The position numbers and the translations under genes were made by a program. The notes under the pieces were generated by a model. The model did no database searches. It was not told where the DNA came from and was given only the letters and a program-made list of their open reading frames with translations. This document shows positions 12,180 through 25,790 of a stretch of DNA of 64,000 bases, in pieces (position 1 is the first letter of the stretch; each line of letters begins with the position of its first letter). The DNA is from Octopus sinensis. Lineage: Eukaryota. The DNA lies in the NCBI RefSeq assembly GCF_006345805.1, contig NW_021833706.1, positions 1-64,000 on the forward strand. The letters are read 5' to 3'.

Positions 12180-13489
12180 TTTTAATTTTAATCACCTTAA
12201 TTTGAAATTGTATGGATAATGTCGTACTAAATTCTGGAGGATCAACTTAAGTGCCATATTCATCTGAATCAAATATATATATTTAATATATATATATATA
12301 ATATATATGTAAGTATATGTATATATATATGTTGTGTGTATATACGGGCAAGTATTTGGGGATATGACGTGGATTATTATGTAATTTGCATGGGGAAGTG
12401 TATTTGCGTGGATGTTAATAGAAGGAGAAAAAGAAGGAATTCGGTAACGCATGTACTCGTGTTACCCGAAATGGAAAAGGTGTTCACGAGTGAACGGGGA
12501 TATTTTTGTTGTGATGGAGTCGGCGACCGATAAAATATACGTATAGGATTTATAAAGAGCAGATTCAGAGCATTTTAAAGGAATGTGAGGTTGATTGGGG
12601 ACGCAGCTTGTAGCAGCAGTTTTGAATTGGAAGTTTCGGAATTACCTTACAAAGATATCCTGGATAATTATTGAGGTGATGTGGTGCATGAAAAGAGCAA
12701 GGTTTTAGCGATAGGACGATTTCGGTGAGGCGGAGAAGAATAGAAGTGCATTCTGTACTCTGTTGCGTTCTCTCACTAATATTTAGTCTCTCTCATTTTA
12801 CTTAATGAATAAAGTCCTTAGCTTTTTCCATCAGTTACATGTGGCTTGTCCAGTCCTCATTCTACATTGTGCGTTCATTTCATTAATCGTTTACAGTCAC
12901 TGTCATCAATTATAATAGACTCTATTCAATTTAGCCCACACCTACGATCATGGGCACTCTAGTTAATGATAGTCAAGTGGCCACTTTTTCAGCTCTGGTC
13001 ACTCACGTACATACCACCATCCGTAGCCTGGACAATTGATCACCAGTTAGCAGCCTCGGTATTTGATATATACAATCAAAAGCTGGTCAGCCAGAAATTC
13101 TTGATCGCCATGGTGGTTTTCAGTCGCCCCTATCTGTATTTTTAACGTAGAGATATCTATATTCTGTGGTTAGACAACATCATTTTCATTTGGTCCGTAG
13201 TAGATAACATATAATATTCTGATTTGACCAAATACCTACAAAGGAGTAAGCAGTTCTTGGAGTTTTTGTTTGTTTAGTTAGGTATAGACGTTTGAAACGT
13301 GACATATCGTAAGAGGATTTGAAAACGTTTATGTCAGACAACCCGACAAAGGTGAGTGTGTGTGCATGTGCGTGAGAGAGAGGGTGAGAGAGAAAGGGAG
13401 GCAACAAAAAGAGGGAATGAGAGGTATAAAAAGAGAACAAGAGAAAGACAAAAAAGAGAATGAGAGGTCAGAAATATAAAGTATACAAC

Positions 13490-13563
13490 CGTCATATACA
13501 AGGTTTGAATAAGGAGGACAAGTTGTTCTACCCACCGGGTATACAATGATCCGAGACCGGGTT
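13490..13563 (-). pseudogene. RWGR exon, copy B (1-nt deletion)
   Basis: 74 nt versus 75 in C, E and F; one G lost in TGGGGT; donor GTTGTA. Confidence 0.85.
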
Positions 13564-15199
13564 CTGTGAAATTAAAATGAAATAATGTAGTTTAAAAGAA
13601 AGAATTGGGGGATCATTTACAAAGTATGTTTTTTGGATGGGAAGAATTGATGGAGAAGAGAGAAATATAGAATTTAAGAAAAGAACGAGTGAATGAATGA
13701 AAGTCAGAACGAAAGATGTAAATAATAAGAATAAATTGTAAAGAAGAAAGAAGACATTTGTCTGTTGAGCTTGTTGGTGACGTTGATGTCAAAGATTTGA
13801 GAGATTAATCTCAGAATATCAGAATGTGTATCGGTCTCCGCTATGAACGGATGTATGTATGATACGTAAATTGGGTATGAGTATATATATCTCAATAGAA
13901 TAATGATAAAACTCAATAGAATAATGATAGAAATTCGCCATGTGCGAGTATTCATCGGTCAATTACAAATATCAGTTGGAACTCGGCGCAAATAAGGCCA
14001 TCATAACTACAATATGAAAATAACAACTATACCGCATCATTTGTCGATTTAGTTAAAAGATATCGCATCCGGATCTCGAGTAGAGGGGTCCGTTCGATAA
14101 ATGTATAGCACAACCCACCCAATACCGGTGCAACCAGTAAGAAGCCAGCAACTTAATCTGGGGTGTGTGAGGTGGGAGCACAAAATTGACGGTCTCAGGA
14201 AACCAAAGCAGATGAAGAAGGGAACAACCTTTAATAATTGAGAATTAAAACATCAAAATTGTTAGATATAATCTGCCTGTAAGATATAATCGGTGTCTCC
14301 TCTACAAAATTTCGTTTCTCCGATAGCGTACACCTGGATATAGGCTTGAAACTCCACTACGCAACTGTGGTGCCAACAATGTCTGCACAGGTGAGATTAG
14401 GATACTCTCAATACCCAGCTTTCGGATTGTATTATGCAGTGAAACCGACTAGGTGTGAGGGTTCACCTCTTGAAGCTAAGGCTGAATATGAAGGACCACT
14501 GTGGCTGCTGTAAGTATAATATATGCAGCAAACAGCGGGGTCAAATACATATCCTTCCTAAGCAAATCACCTCAGCTTTAGATATATTTGGGGTAAAGTC
14601 ATTTGTCCTGCAAGGAGACTTCAGTGTCACTTGGCACTGATAACCGTGAGAAGGGTTGATTGGAAGAAATGTCGTCAGTGAACTTAATGGACAGGTCATA
14701 GTAGACTTTCTGCAGGATACACACTCTCATCTCTTTGGTATGGATATTATTTAAGACAGGGATATTTATAAGGGTACCTGGTATAGAAATTCTGAGAGAT
14801 TTCAGTCATCTTTCACTCTTTGATGAACGTTCGGGTTTTGACTACCTAAATGTCTGAAAACCTGAAAATTCCTACAGTCTGCCGAACACTGGCAATTGGT
14901 AAGCCGTGGATGTTGCGATCAGAAACAAAATGTGTAGACTTTTGCATCCAAATGAGAGTGTCCCTCCTAAATTAAGTTGGATATCGAAATACATTCGTGA
15001 ATGTATTATTTTTTTCGGTAGGTTCTTCTTCGTTTGAACGCTTATTTGAGCTAAACTCACTTAAATGTGATAAAATGCTTGTGAAAAGCACGTTCGGGTT
15101 GATATTTTAGAAGCCATAAATACAGATGTATTCTCTGAGTGTCCCATGTACGCTAGGTCGATAAGGCCTCTGGAAAAACACCAAGGCAATGGTAATATG

Positions 15200-15930
15200 G
15201 GGTGACAATCACAATTTTTTCAAACAAAGACCAAAGAGTGTGTTTAATTATAGAAAAGTCTAAACTAGATTTCAGGAAAAGATATGTAGGGAAGTTATCG
15301 CGCCAAAGGTTACTGTCCGGGACACAGTACACCCGACCAGAGAGTCATTCAAAGACAGATCTTCCAGCAAACGTTGAAGCATTTCAAGAGGAATACGCTG
15401 TAAACCACGAAAAGGCACATGATCACGTGCCCTGAGGCATGTTGTGGGATGGTTTACCAGGAAGGTGAGTTTACTGGGCAAATACTGGTTGCCATAAAAT
15501 ATATATGGATGTTCAATGATTGTATTTATGTAAAAGTGGAAAGTTTTCAACGAGAAGTTTTCACTTAGTTGAAGTGTGCATTGTTAATGCCCCTTCTCAC
15601 ATTCTATTTTGTGATCTGGTTGAATATGCTCAGCCATTGTGGTAGAGGTATCCCATTCATCTCTACGTGATCGGTCGACTGTTATTTGTAGACGACAAGC
15701 TGCTACCTAATTTGTCTGATTGTCACCAACAACGTGCACTGAATGGGTTGGCTGCCGAGTACACCAAGGCAGGATTGACAAATATGCACTGTGTAGGAAA
15801 GTGGAAATCATTATTTCGGGTCTCTATTCGCGAATGATTGGAAGCACAAGAGTTGACAGAATGCTGAATTGTAGATATAAACGCAGTGATGCGCCAGCTC
15901 GGGCATTTGATTCTCAGATGAAGAAGGCAT
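15200..15930 (+). mobile_element. Degenerate RTE-type LINE reverse transcriptase fragment
   Basis: Paralogous units read HEKAHDHVPW..LFW..IKYLY, RLLFVDDMLL..QQRAL. Remnant probably extends from about 13960 to 16070. Confidence 0.75.
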
Positions 15931-16079
15931 TCATGCTTTTCGTATGCAAGCCGGTGGGCTCGCTCTGAGCACTCTAATGTTTTTCACAGTGAATGTACCG
16001 GCCGACTAGGACACTCGGCAAAGAGCTCCCTCAGAGGAAACGTGCGGGCCGAAACAATTCTCGACGTTGCACTGCATAT

Positions 16080-16357
16080 TTTATTTATTTGTTTTTTATT
16101 TATTAAATTTGGCTCAAAGCAAATAGCAAGGCCATGTAGTGGGACATGGAGTTAAGTACAGGGTGGTGTTCATGTGAAGAGTTCAGGCCACTTGAGGTCC
16201 AGGGAGGCTTTGAACAAAGCGGTCGTCGGCATCTTCACATCTCTTCTGGCAGCTTGTTCCACGGATCGGCAACCCGGACGGAGAAACGCTCCTCTCCTTC
16301 GATTGAGACGAAATCGTCGCAGGTAGAGCTTTTCGGAATGACCCCGCAGCCGACGCT
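16080..16357 (-). mobile_element. 5'-truncated CR1/L2-like LINE 3' end, unit-B-specific
   Basis: RLRGHSEKLYLRRFRLNRR...FKASLDLKW resembles the CR1 ORF2 C-terminus; A-rich tail; CATAT flanks both sides; empty site in C and E. Confidence 0.8.
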
Positions 16358-16719
16358 CATATATATACTCATATACACACAATAAATGGCCATAGTATAT
16401 TAGAATAACATTATATTTAGGGAATCTTGTAAAGTAGAACATATTTTGAAATAAATTCAGGCAAGTGTCTGAGTTTATATTATTGTGGATATATGGATAG
16501 TAATAGTAATGTGGAACTAATTCAAAGTTGGTAAAATTTTAAATCATTAGTTAAGGAGACACGGGTAAAAGACTTTAGCCATAAAATCAGTTTACTTGGC
16601 GTATCATCAGGTTTATCGTCGAGAGATTTCTTGGAGATGAAACGGTTCTGTGAAAAAATAGAAATAGCATCATATAAATAGAACTTCAGTGTATTATTAT
16701 CGGACGGATCATTGCAGAC

Positions 16720-17000
16720 ACTACCATCTCAACCCTTAGGAATATTCTAGAAGGCGCTTCAATCGAGTCGAACGATTTTCTGAACAATCAGACAATAAAA
16801 ATCTGAATTTCAAATGACATCGTTTGGTGAATCTAAGAAGATAGATAAACATGAATTACGCCGACGTGAAAGTTCAAGGCAAGTCTATCCCCTCATGGTT
16901 CCCTGGTACCCGCGAATGAACAACCACCGTTCTCCAAACTTACTCTATAAGTGATGTAGGACAACAAACCCGACGTGAGGTGTCAAAATTTCCGATGATG
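16720..17000 (+). mobile_element. Helitron Rep N-terminal fragment (degenerate)
   Basis: Unit C copy reads FLKNVRKYNSAFQMTSYG..FTPTSK, matching the Helitron IRKYNSAFQMTSFG..PTFK region. Confidence 0.75.
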
Positions 17001-17399
17001 GGTCGTGTTAGACACAGCGCACACTGCTGCAAAGGAGAGTATATCCACTGACAGCTTTCGGTGCGTTCAAAAATCACTCTAACTCCACCTCCAATTTTGC
17101 ATGACAGGTTAGGGCCTGAAACACTCCAAACGGACGCTTAGCATGTTGCTTAGTCGAATTAGCCCAGCATTTACTCTACAAATGTTTTGTTGTCAATGTT
17201 GCACTTTCCCATATCACCTGTTTCAAAATGACTGGAATATATTATATACCATCTTTGCCATTTTAATCCCCTGCAATGCCGGGTATGACTGCTAGTACAC
17301 ACACACACACACACACACAAATATATATACACACACATATTTCTACATATATATATATATATATATCTACACACATGTATATATATAGTTAAATTTAAT

Positions 17400-17660
17400 C
17401 CAAACAAGAAAGCACAAAAAAAACAACAACGCGAGGACGTGGAACAAATATATTATTACTGGACGCTCAGTAGAGAAGGAAAGAAGGAGGGTTTAACGTT
17501 TCGGGTGGAGCTCTTCGTCGGAAACTTACGAGAAGGAAAGATCCAGAGGAGGGAAAACGGAAGACAAAAATCGCCAATGGTACACACGCGGGCGCATTTT
17601 GAATAACGGAAGGGAAATGGGAGAAGTAGTAAGATCTTTCAAAGACAGGAGAGAGGTAGA
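17400..17660 (-). mobile_element. Old PLE-like terminal remnant with decayed hammerhead-like motif
   Basis: Minus strand GTTT-CCGACGA-AGAGC..C-GAAACGTT-AAAC. Also at about 30810 and 53870. Confidence 0.4.
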
Positions 17661-18612
17661 GGAGGAGGGATGTGTGTGTGTAAGTGGATAAGAGCGTGCG
17701 CGGAGGTCTGCGTGTGCGTGTGTGTATGTGAGTATGTGGTATGGTGCAATGATGACAAATGTGTGTGTGGTGCATGTGCGTGTGTAAAGTGTGGGTGGTG
17801 GGCTGTTAATCTTTGCGTGTGTAGGGTTTAGAGTGTTAAGGTCAAGGAAGAAGGAGAAGGATTTGGGCGTGGCTCCTTTTGTCTCTACCACAGGTCAAGT
17901 AGTAGGTACTGCTAGTTTGATGTATGTGTGTGTGTGCGTGTATGTATATGTATCATGTGTGTATTGTTTGTAGTGTGTGTGGTGTGCATGTGTGTGTGTT
18001 CGTGTGTGTATGCGTAGAGTTTGGGTTTGTAGCGAATAACTGTGCGTATGTGTGTGTACATGTATGTATAATTGTGCGCGTGTATGTATGGGACGTAGTG
18101 TGGGTTCATTTGTGTGTGTGTGTATGTATGTGCGTGCGTCTCGTATGTGCGTGTGTGCATGTACGTGTACGTTTGTATGTGTGTGTGTAAGCGTATATGG
18201 GTTGTATAGCGTGTATCCGTGGGGTTGTGAGTTTTCGGTGTGTGCATTAATGTGCGTGTGTACGTGCGTATGTGTGCGCATGTTTTTGCGTGCGTGGTGT
18301 GTGTGTGTCTCTGTCTATATGTGTATACGGATGTGTATGTGAGTGCGTGTAGGCATATATTGTGTGTATGTATATGTATCGGTGTGTATGTGAATTTGTA
18401 CATGCATGTGTGTTTTGGGTTTTTCTGGAGTTTTGTGGGTGTAATGTGCGTGCGTGTGTGCGCTTAAGTACGTGTATGTGCGTGTGTGTCTGTGCCCATG
18501 TGTGTATAAGTCTGTGCGTATCTGTATAAAGGTATATGTGGACATCTGTGCTGGTGTGTGTGTATGTACGTGTGTATGTGTGCGTGCGTGTTTTGTGTGC
18601 GTATGATACATA

Positions 18613-18906
18613 TATCTCCGTGATCACCGTCACAGACCAGGCTATCAGTTGTTGCTATACATCGCTGGTCACAATGCGCTTCGCGTTGTTTTAGCCTTCA
18701 AATGACGCCACCCCGCTGGCTAAGCGAGCAGGCCAACAGAAGAAAGGGAGAAAGTTGTAGCGAAAGAGTACAGCAGAGATCAACACAACCCACTCCCTGA
18801 GCCTCGTGGAGCATTAAACACTCATAACGCCCAGTCTGGGAATCGAAACCGCGATCCGACAATCATGAGTCCGCTGCGCTAACCACTAGTCCACTGCGCC
18901 TCCACA
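18613..18906 (-). mobile_element. tRNA-derived SINE
   Basis: Full-length homolog of 1-168; B box GTTTCGATTCC on the minus strand. Confidence 0.75.
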
Positions 18907-19210
18907 CAGACATATATATATATATACATACATATCAATATATATATTACACATAATATCACAAATACACATATCTACTTATACGCATACACACACACAA
19001 ACGCACACATATATGTGAGTGGACATACACTGTATAGTGTGATTGTTCGTGTACAATTGAGCACGGTGTCTGTGTGCGTGCGTATGTGTGTGTGTTTGTG
19101 TTTATTGTGCGTGTGTTTGTCCGTGTGTCTGTGTGTATGTATTTACATTCGTTCTTACATATTGATATATAAAAACCAACGTGAATTACAGTCAAACATT
19201 ACGAAATCAC

Positions 19211-19287
19211 CGATCTACATTGGCACTCGCACGTTTTATTTTCATTTGGAAAGAAAAGATTTTAAAAAACTCGCCTCACTTCCGTTC
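19211..19287 (-). pseudogene. Candidate internal exon, copy B (in-frame TAA)
   Basis: Homolog of 6086-6162 reading GTT TTT TAA. Confidence 0.45.
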
Positions 19288-19520
19288 CTGATGGAGAGAA
19301 ATAGATAAATGTGTGTAAATATGTACGTATTCCTATGTGTGGTGTGTGTGTGTTTGTAGGTCTGTTTCTGTGCGTGTGTGTAAGTGTACATCTAGATAAT
19401 ACTTAACACTAATATTAATAGGGCTAAACGTTGCAGCGACAGGGCATGGACATGCTAGAACCCCACCATTAGATCTTTTCATACGCACTTATTTCCCTCT
19501 CCAGGATTATGTCTGGTAAA

Positions 19521-19758
19521 AGAGCGATCGGACAGGAGTACAATTCCACCCTTCTTTGTGTTTAATTGGGATGTGTGTATATGTATGTATATATAGATAT
19601 AGATATATATATCCATATACATATATATATATATATATATATAATATATATATATATGTATATGGATATATATATCTATATCTATATATACATACATATA
19701 CACACATCCCCATATTAAACACAAAGAAGGTGGAATTGTACTCCTGTCCGATCGCTCT
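19521..19758. repeat. 238-bp palindrome centred on (TA)n
   Basis: 19521-~19620 recurs as its reverse complement at ~19656-19758; unique to unit B. Confidence 0.9.
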
Positions 19759-20608
19759 GTATATATATATAGATAGATAGATAGATATATAAGAAAAAGG
19801 GACAGGCAAACAGGTTACTGAACTTTACAGAAGTTCCTGCCGCTAATCGGCTATATTTACATACCGAATTCTACCAGTAAATAATTGAGGTTTTTTTAAA
19901 AGCCTTTATAGAAATTATTTACTCTTATTATTATATGGATAGATAGATAGATAGATATGTAGACAAATAGATTGATTGATAGATATGTATGTAGTTACAT
20001 ACGTAACTATATATGTGTGTATGTATATATGATATGTATATATATATATATAGATGTAGTGTTGTGTGTGTATGTGTGTGTGTATGGGTGTGGTATAGCA
20101 CACATAGTGTGTATGTATCTATGTTTTATGTATGTGTCTGTTATTGTCGCACCACTATCGATTCTCAACTGATATCGGTGTGTTTACGTCCCTGTTACAT
20201 AGCCGATCGTCTAGAGATACCGATAGAATGAGCAATAGGCTTACAAGGAATAATCCTGAAGTCGATTTGTTCTACTGAACGCAGTGCTCTAGCATGGCCG
20301 CAGTCAAATGATGAAACGGTTAAAAGAATATATTTTATACAAACACACCACATATACACACACACACACATACAAATATAATAGATAAATAGAGAGAGAG
20401 AGGGATAGACAGAGAGATACAGTGATAGATACCACCACACAATGTATTTGTTTGTATATATATATCCATATATGTTCAGGCACTAATATATTCATATATA
20501 TGTATATTTAATATACATATATATGTATAATATATATCCACAATATACGTATATGTATATATATGTATATTTAGGTGTGTGCGCCTGCGTGTTCGTGTGT
20601 GATTACAC

Positions 20609-20643
<35 letters not shown>

Positions 20644-21047
20644 GATAAATGGAGAGAGAGAGAGAGAGATAGACAGAGAGATACAGTGATAGATACACAC
20701 ACGCATATATTTGTTTGTATATATATATATATCTATATATGTTCACGCACTAATATATTCATATATATGTATATTATATATACAAATATACCTATATGTA
20801 TATATATGTATGCTTAGGTGTGTGCGCCTGTGTGTTCGTGTGTGATTACGTGTGTTGTCTTATGTGTGTGTGTGTGCTTCATAGGAACATATGTAAGTGA
20901 TACATGCATACATCCTTACATTCATCCATCCATCGGTACGTACATACATCCACATATTAATACATACATACGTAAATGCATACATACATACATGCATATA
21001 TAAATACATAAAGACATACATATATTAACACAAAATCCATGACTTAC

Positions 21048-21189
21048 CGTTTTCGATTTCTTTCCATTTTCCTATTCTTGAATCTTGATGAAGAATCACG
21101 ATCGTCAGAACGAGAAGAACCCCAAAAGCTATGAGAGAAGAAATGGAATAACGCTGCGAAATATTTCTGGACAGTTGTGCGAAATCCAT
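21048..21189 (-). pseudogene. First coding exon, copy B (142 nt, 2 nt short)
   Basis: ATG at 21189, donor at 21047; two 1-nt deletions near the 3' end. Confidence 0.7.
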
Positions 21190-22279
21190 TCTGGTGACAG
21201 TTGTCGGTCGTACGTGATACTTCGTGTGGCTTCAACAAAAGATCGAGATGCGAGGTTTAAGCTGAAGACCTGTGACTGAATTCCACGTATTTATTGAGCG
21301 CACAACACCCAGCTCGGGCATAGATCTTATCGTAAATTTATGAACCAATGCGATTGGTGGAACTGTAAAAGTGGGTGTGAACTTGTCTGACAGGTTTAAT
21401 TATTGAAAGAGATGGTTTGATATTGTCACAAAATAATTAGCAAAATATTTTGATGAATGATAGACACGTTGTAAAGTGAATGATTCCTGTTTCTGGATAT
21501 ATTAAGATATATTTATTTACTAATGTTGTTATTAATTTTATTTGTTATTCTTGGGAAAACTTTTTAATATTCAGTGTGGGATGTATTTCGTTCAACAGAC
21601 GAATACACAGACACACACAAAACACACACACACAGAACACACACACACATACTGCACACAAACCCACACTCACACACTGACACACACACACACAACACAC
21701 ATACACACGCACACATGACATACATACACACACACACACAAATACACACACCACACTGAATTACACACGACACACTGACACGCAAACACACACATACTGA
21801 CATACACTGCCACACACACACGACCGACACACCACACACCAACACTGACATAACACACACAAACGCACACAGTGAAACACACACTGACACACACACACAT
21901 CTGACATTACACACACACACACAAACACACACACACACTGACATAAAACACACACAAAAGCACCAGTGACAACACACCACTGACACACACTGGCACACAC
22001 CAGTGACACACACCAACTGACACACACACACATTTGTACACCACACACCACACACACTGACACGCACACAAACAAACACGCACCACTGGCTCACACACAC
22101 TGACAACAACACACACATACACATACAAACACATACAAACAGACACACGCACACCCCAGACACACACACGACACATGACACTCACACAAAACTGACACAC
22201 ACACACACACACACTCAGAAGGACACACACACACACACACACTGACACACCACACAACACTGACACACACAAACACTGA

Positions 22280-22313
<34 letters not shown>

Positions 22314-24061
22314 GACACACTCACACCACACTCACTGGTGCACACACACACCTACACCCACACACTGACACACACACACATACACAAATGCGGGGAAAAT
22401 GCAGGCGTACGAAGCGACCGCAGTTTCTGTTGGGGCACAAGGTTGAAGGTCAACTCCTCTAGCGAAGTATTTATGAAAGAGAAATACCGAAGGGAGGTAA
22501 CTCACGACAGACTCCAGCCTGGCGCTCTGATGGCGTCACTTACTCGTTGTTGTTTGACTATGTTTAAGTTAAAGCTATGGCTTTAAGTTTGTCTAGATAT
22601 TCCCCTCTTCGGTATTTTCTTTTGATAACGGCTGAACTGGAACCCGATAGGGAGCAGCACTGGACTGATATGCTGTTTTTGCAACTTTTGCACAGAATTT
22701 GCGTTTTAGAGTTTGAAATATGCCATTAGCACATTTTAACGAACCCAAAAATTGCTTATGCCTAATACTGAGCGCTAATACTGTTCACTGGAAACGCCAT
22801 GTTGAATGTTTCCATATATTCATTTGTCAATTTGCATTTCGTGCTTTCATATTACTTAATTATTATTCTTTTTCTCTAGCTTTTTACAAATCGAGCATTC
22901 TTATGGCACGCAATTAATCGGACAAAAAACGTGCTGCCACCCACAGATCCCTCTTTTCCACGGATACCTTCGTTTATCTGGCAGCCATTCTACAAACTCC
23001 CACATACAAGGAGCAATCATGCTGGATAGAGTGTGAAAGACTCAACATGTTGCACTGATTCCACCTAATGTATATTTTATAAGTCGTCTTCCTTTCCTTA
23101 CTAAGTCGTTTATGTGTGTTACAGTTATTGTATGCATGTATCTCGAAGCAAGTTCCTCTTCTGCGAGTTTGATAGTTTTATGTTACAGACGGAGATAATT
23201 TGTTGAACTCGATGTTTTGTGGTGTTGCTGTAGATTCGGTTGATGCTGTTCCTGAAGTTTACTCATATTTCTTGGTGGTTTCATATTTTATTTTGGCACA
23301 TCAGTGTTCAGGGAACGATGAGAGGCTGCGTGTGTAATGTGACGCGAGGCTGTGTGTCTGTGATTTTTGAAGAAAAGCGGGAATATGTGAATGTAGGTTG
23401 AAAATAGTTAATCGTGGGACGTGTACTTGTACCTTTCGAAAGTGTTTCTTGAAAACTTCAATGTTTAGTAACCTGACAGTAGTTAGGTAGTCAACATTTT
23501 GTGGTATTACTTCAGTGGATATCAAATATCCTTTATTAGGTAATATCCGCATTGGATTGCAGAGCTTTCATCGCATCGATTGTAGTTACAATGATACGTA
23601 TGGGAGTATTTTTTTTATTACACCATCATGATTTAGTGATGTTAGTTATAAGCTTTATCGTGTTTTCTGAAGATTGATCATGAAAGGTGATATATTTGTA
23701 CGGGTGTTTCTTTTGGGGATTGTTTTCATTTTAAGACGGAATACAACACACATTTAAACGAATCATCATTTTACTTCAACATTTAAATTTGATAAACTTA
23801 ACCTCAATACAATGTATGCTAGAATCATTCCCCGAGGATTATATCGTTCTGTTAAGCTATTTGTCACATTCTATGACGTCTCTGTTGTTTCGTTTTGAAT
23901 ATTTTCTGAAAAATTGTAGCAGAAATTTATTTAACGACATATATTAGTTGGATAAAATATTGCGAAACACAATTACAAGAAACGTATATGTTGCTCTATT
24001 ATATTATATTTTATGATTCGCCGACATAAAGTTTCATATAGAAACGAATGTAAATTTCTAT

Positions 24062-24564
24062 TCAATATTGACTGCACAAAACGCAGGTTAATTCTCGACC
24101 ATTGACATACGGTGGACATGGCAATGAACCACAAGCAGCCTGAACGAAATATAATAGAGCTCCATTTTCGTTTCTGTAACCTGCTGGATCAGCTTCTGGT
24201 GCATAATCCAACACACACATATTCATGTCTGCCCTTATGCTTATAATACTCGGTCATCAAATATCCCGAATCTAGCTGTCCCAACCAGGGTAACACTCGG
24301 GTAACACTTGTCTGCTGGTAACATCATAACAACAGCAGGTGTCGTGTCAAACAGACAGCGCACGGAACGTTGTGATGATGAAGTGATTCAGCGTTAGCAA
24401 AAGAAAAGAGTAGTTGGGTAAAAATTTAGTTCATATTCACTACCCATAAATGTAACCTCCTTCTTCAACTTCTGTAGTATAATTGGCCCAAATGGGATCG
24501 TTGGGTAGACACAAGAGATTACTTCCGCCACCAGTATGGCTATAAAGTTGTCCACCAACAACAC
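24062..24564 (-). pseudogene. Last exon, copy C: C4/NC1-like domain with multiple indels
   Basis: Intact acceptor, domain motifs, several 1-nt indels, a small deletion after YPT and an ~11-nt duplication (GGTAACACT). Confidence 0.8.
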
Positions 24565-24774
24565 CTAGAATTGGTAAGAATAAATCAAGTAAAAAAGATG
24601 TTAAGCAAAATTATATATGAAATAACGGATACATTCATTACAATTTGACCCTTAAAAGGAGTCATGTTTAGTTGCGTGTGAACGAATTGTGGTGTATATG
24701 TTAGCGTTTATGTGAGTGTAAGCTGTCTGTTGTTGTATGCTGATATCATAGCTGTGCATTTGCATTCTCTTCAT

Positions 24775-24863
<89 letters not shown>

Positions 24864-24865
24864 AG

Positions 24866-25790
24866 TAAGCAACAAGGATATCCAGAGATAATGCAGTACG
24901 ATTGTTTCATGCAACTCCATTTAATTGAACAATACAATGATTGTATCAATTTAAAATATAGAGGAATCTTCAGCTGCACCAATACATAGGATTTAATTAA
25001 ATTAAAACAGATTGACACATTAGTATAATTATACCTAAAATTTCCAAGAAGTTAAGGAGATACACAAAGAACATGTTGTCTCTACTTCAGCATAGAAGTT
25101 AATAAAATTATCAAGAAATTTTTGAATACTTATGAATACAATAAGTATTCAAGAATTTCTATCCTTTTGTTATAATATTCTTCTAAATAATTCTTTGGAA
25201 AACCCTAAACTTCAACTGTATTCATAGCAACATTGTTTAAAATATTTAACTATAATATATGATAAGACCTTCCGTTTCATTGTCAATAGTCTGCCAGTGT
25301 GCGACCCCCTTAATTGTCATCTAACACCTTGTTTTAAGTTTTCCTTTACTAAACCTCATGGTATTGCTTATAATAATTCTTGATTTTTTATGACTATACC
25401 AACTAGAATGTCTATCTACTCCCTAAGCCCTCCCCCTAACAGATACTTCCCTATGTTCTCTCAGGCTTAGATATACAAAGGATTTGTAAATTAGTCTATA
25501 AATTAAAACTGACCCCATAATGACAAAAAATCAGTGGCAACCTGAGTCTTCTTGATAATTTTAGTAACTGCTATGCTGAAGTAGAGACAACATGTTCTAT
25601 GTAAAATCTTGGAGATTTTAAGTATAATTATACAAATGTGTCCATCTGTTGGAATTTAATTAAATCCTACGTATTTTGCAGCTGAAAATTGCTCTAAATT
25701 TTAAACTGATGTAATGATTGCATTGTTCAATTAAATGGAGTTGCATGAAACGAACGTACTGCATTAGTATCTGGATATCATCGTTGCTTA
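24866..25790. mobile_element. MITE-like foldback element (unit C copy)
   Basis: Homolog of 11258-12179. Confidence 0.8.

Noticed and set aside
12330-13300. Conserved intronic block that might be an ancient LINE
   Set aside because: No diagnostic EN or RT motif in any frame; conservation is explained by unit duplication.
13756-13840. Protein-like stretch AETDTHSDILRLISQIFDINVTNRLNRQ after a ttcatag acceptor (also about 27390, 51030 and 63270)
   Set aside because: No donor gives the phase 1 end needed to join the RWGR exon. Left uncalled, but worth checking in RNA-seq.
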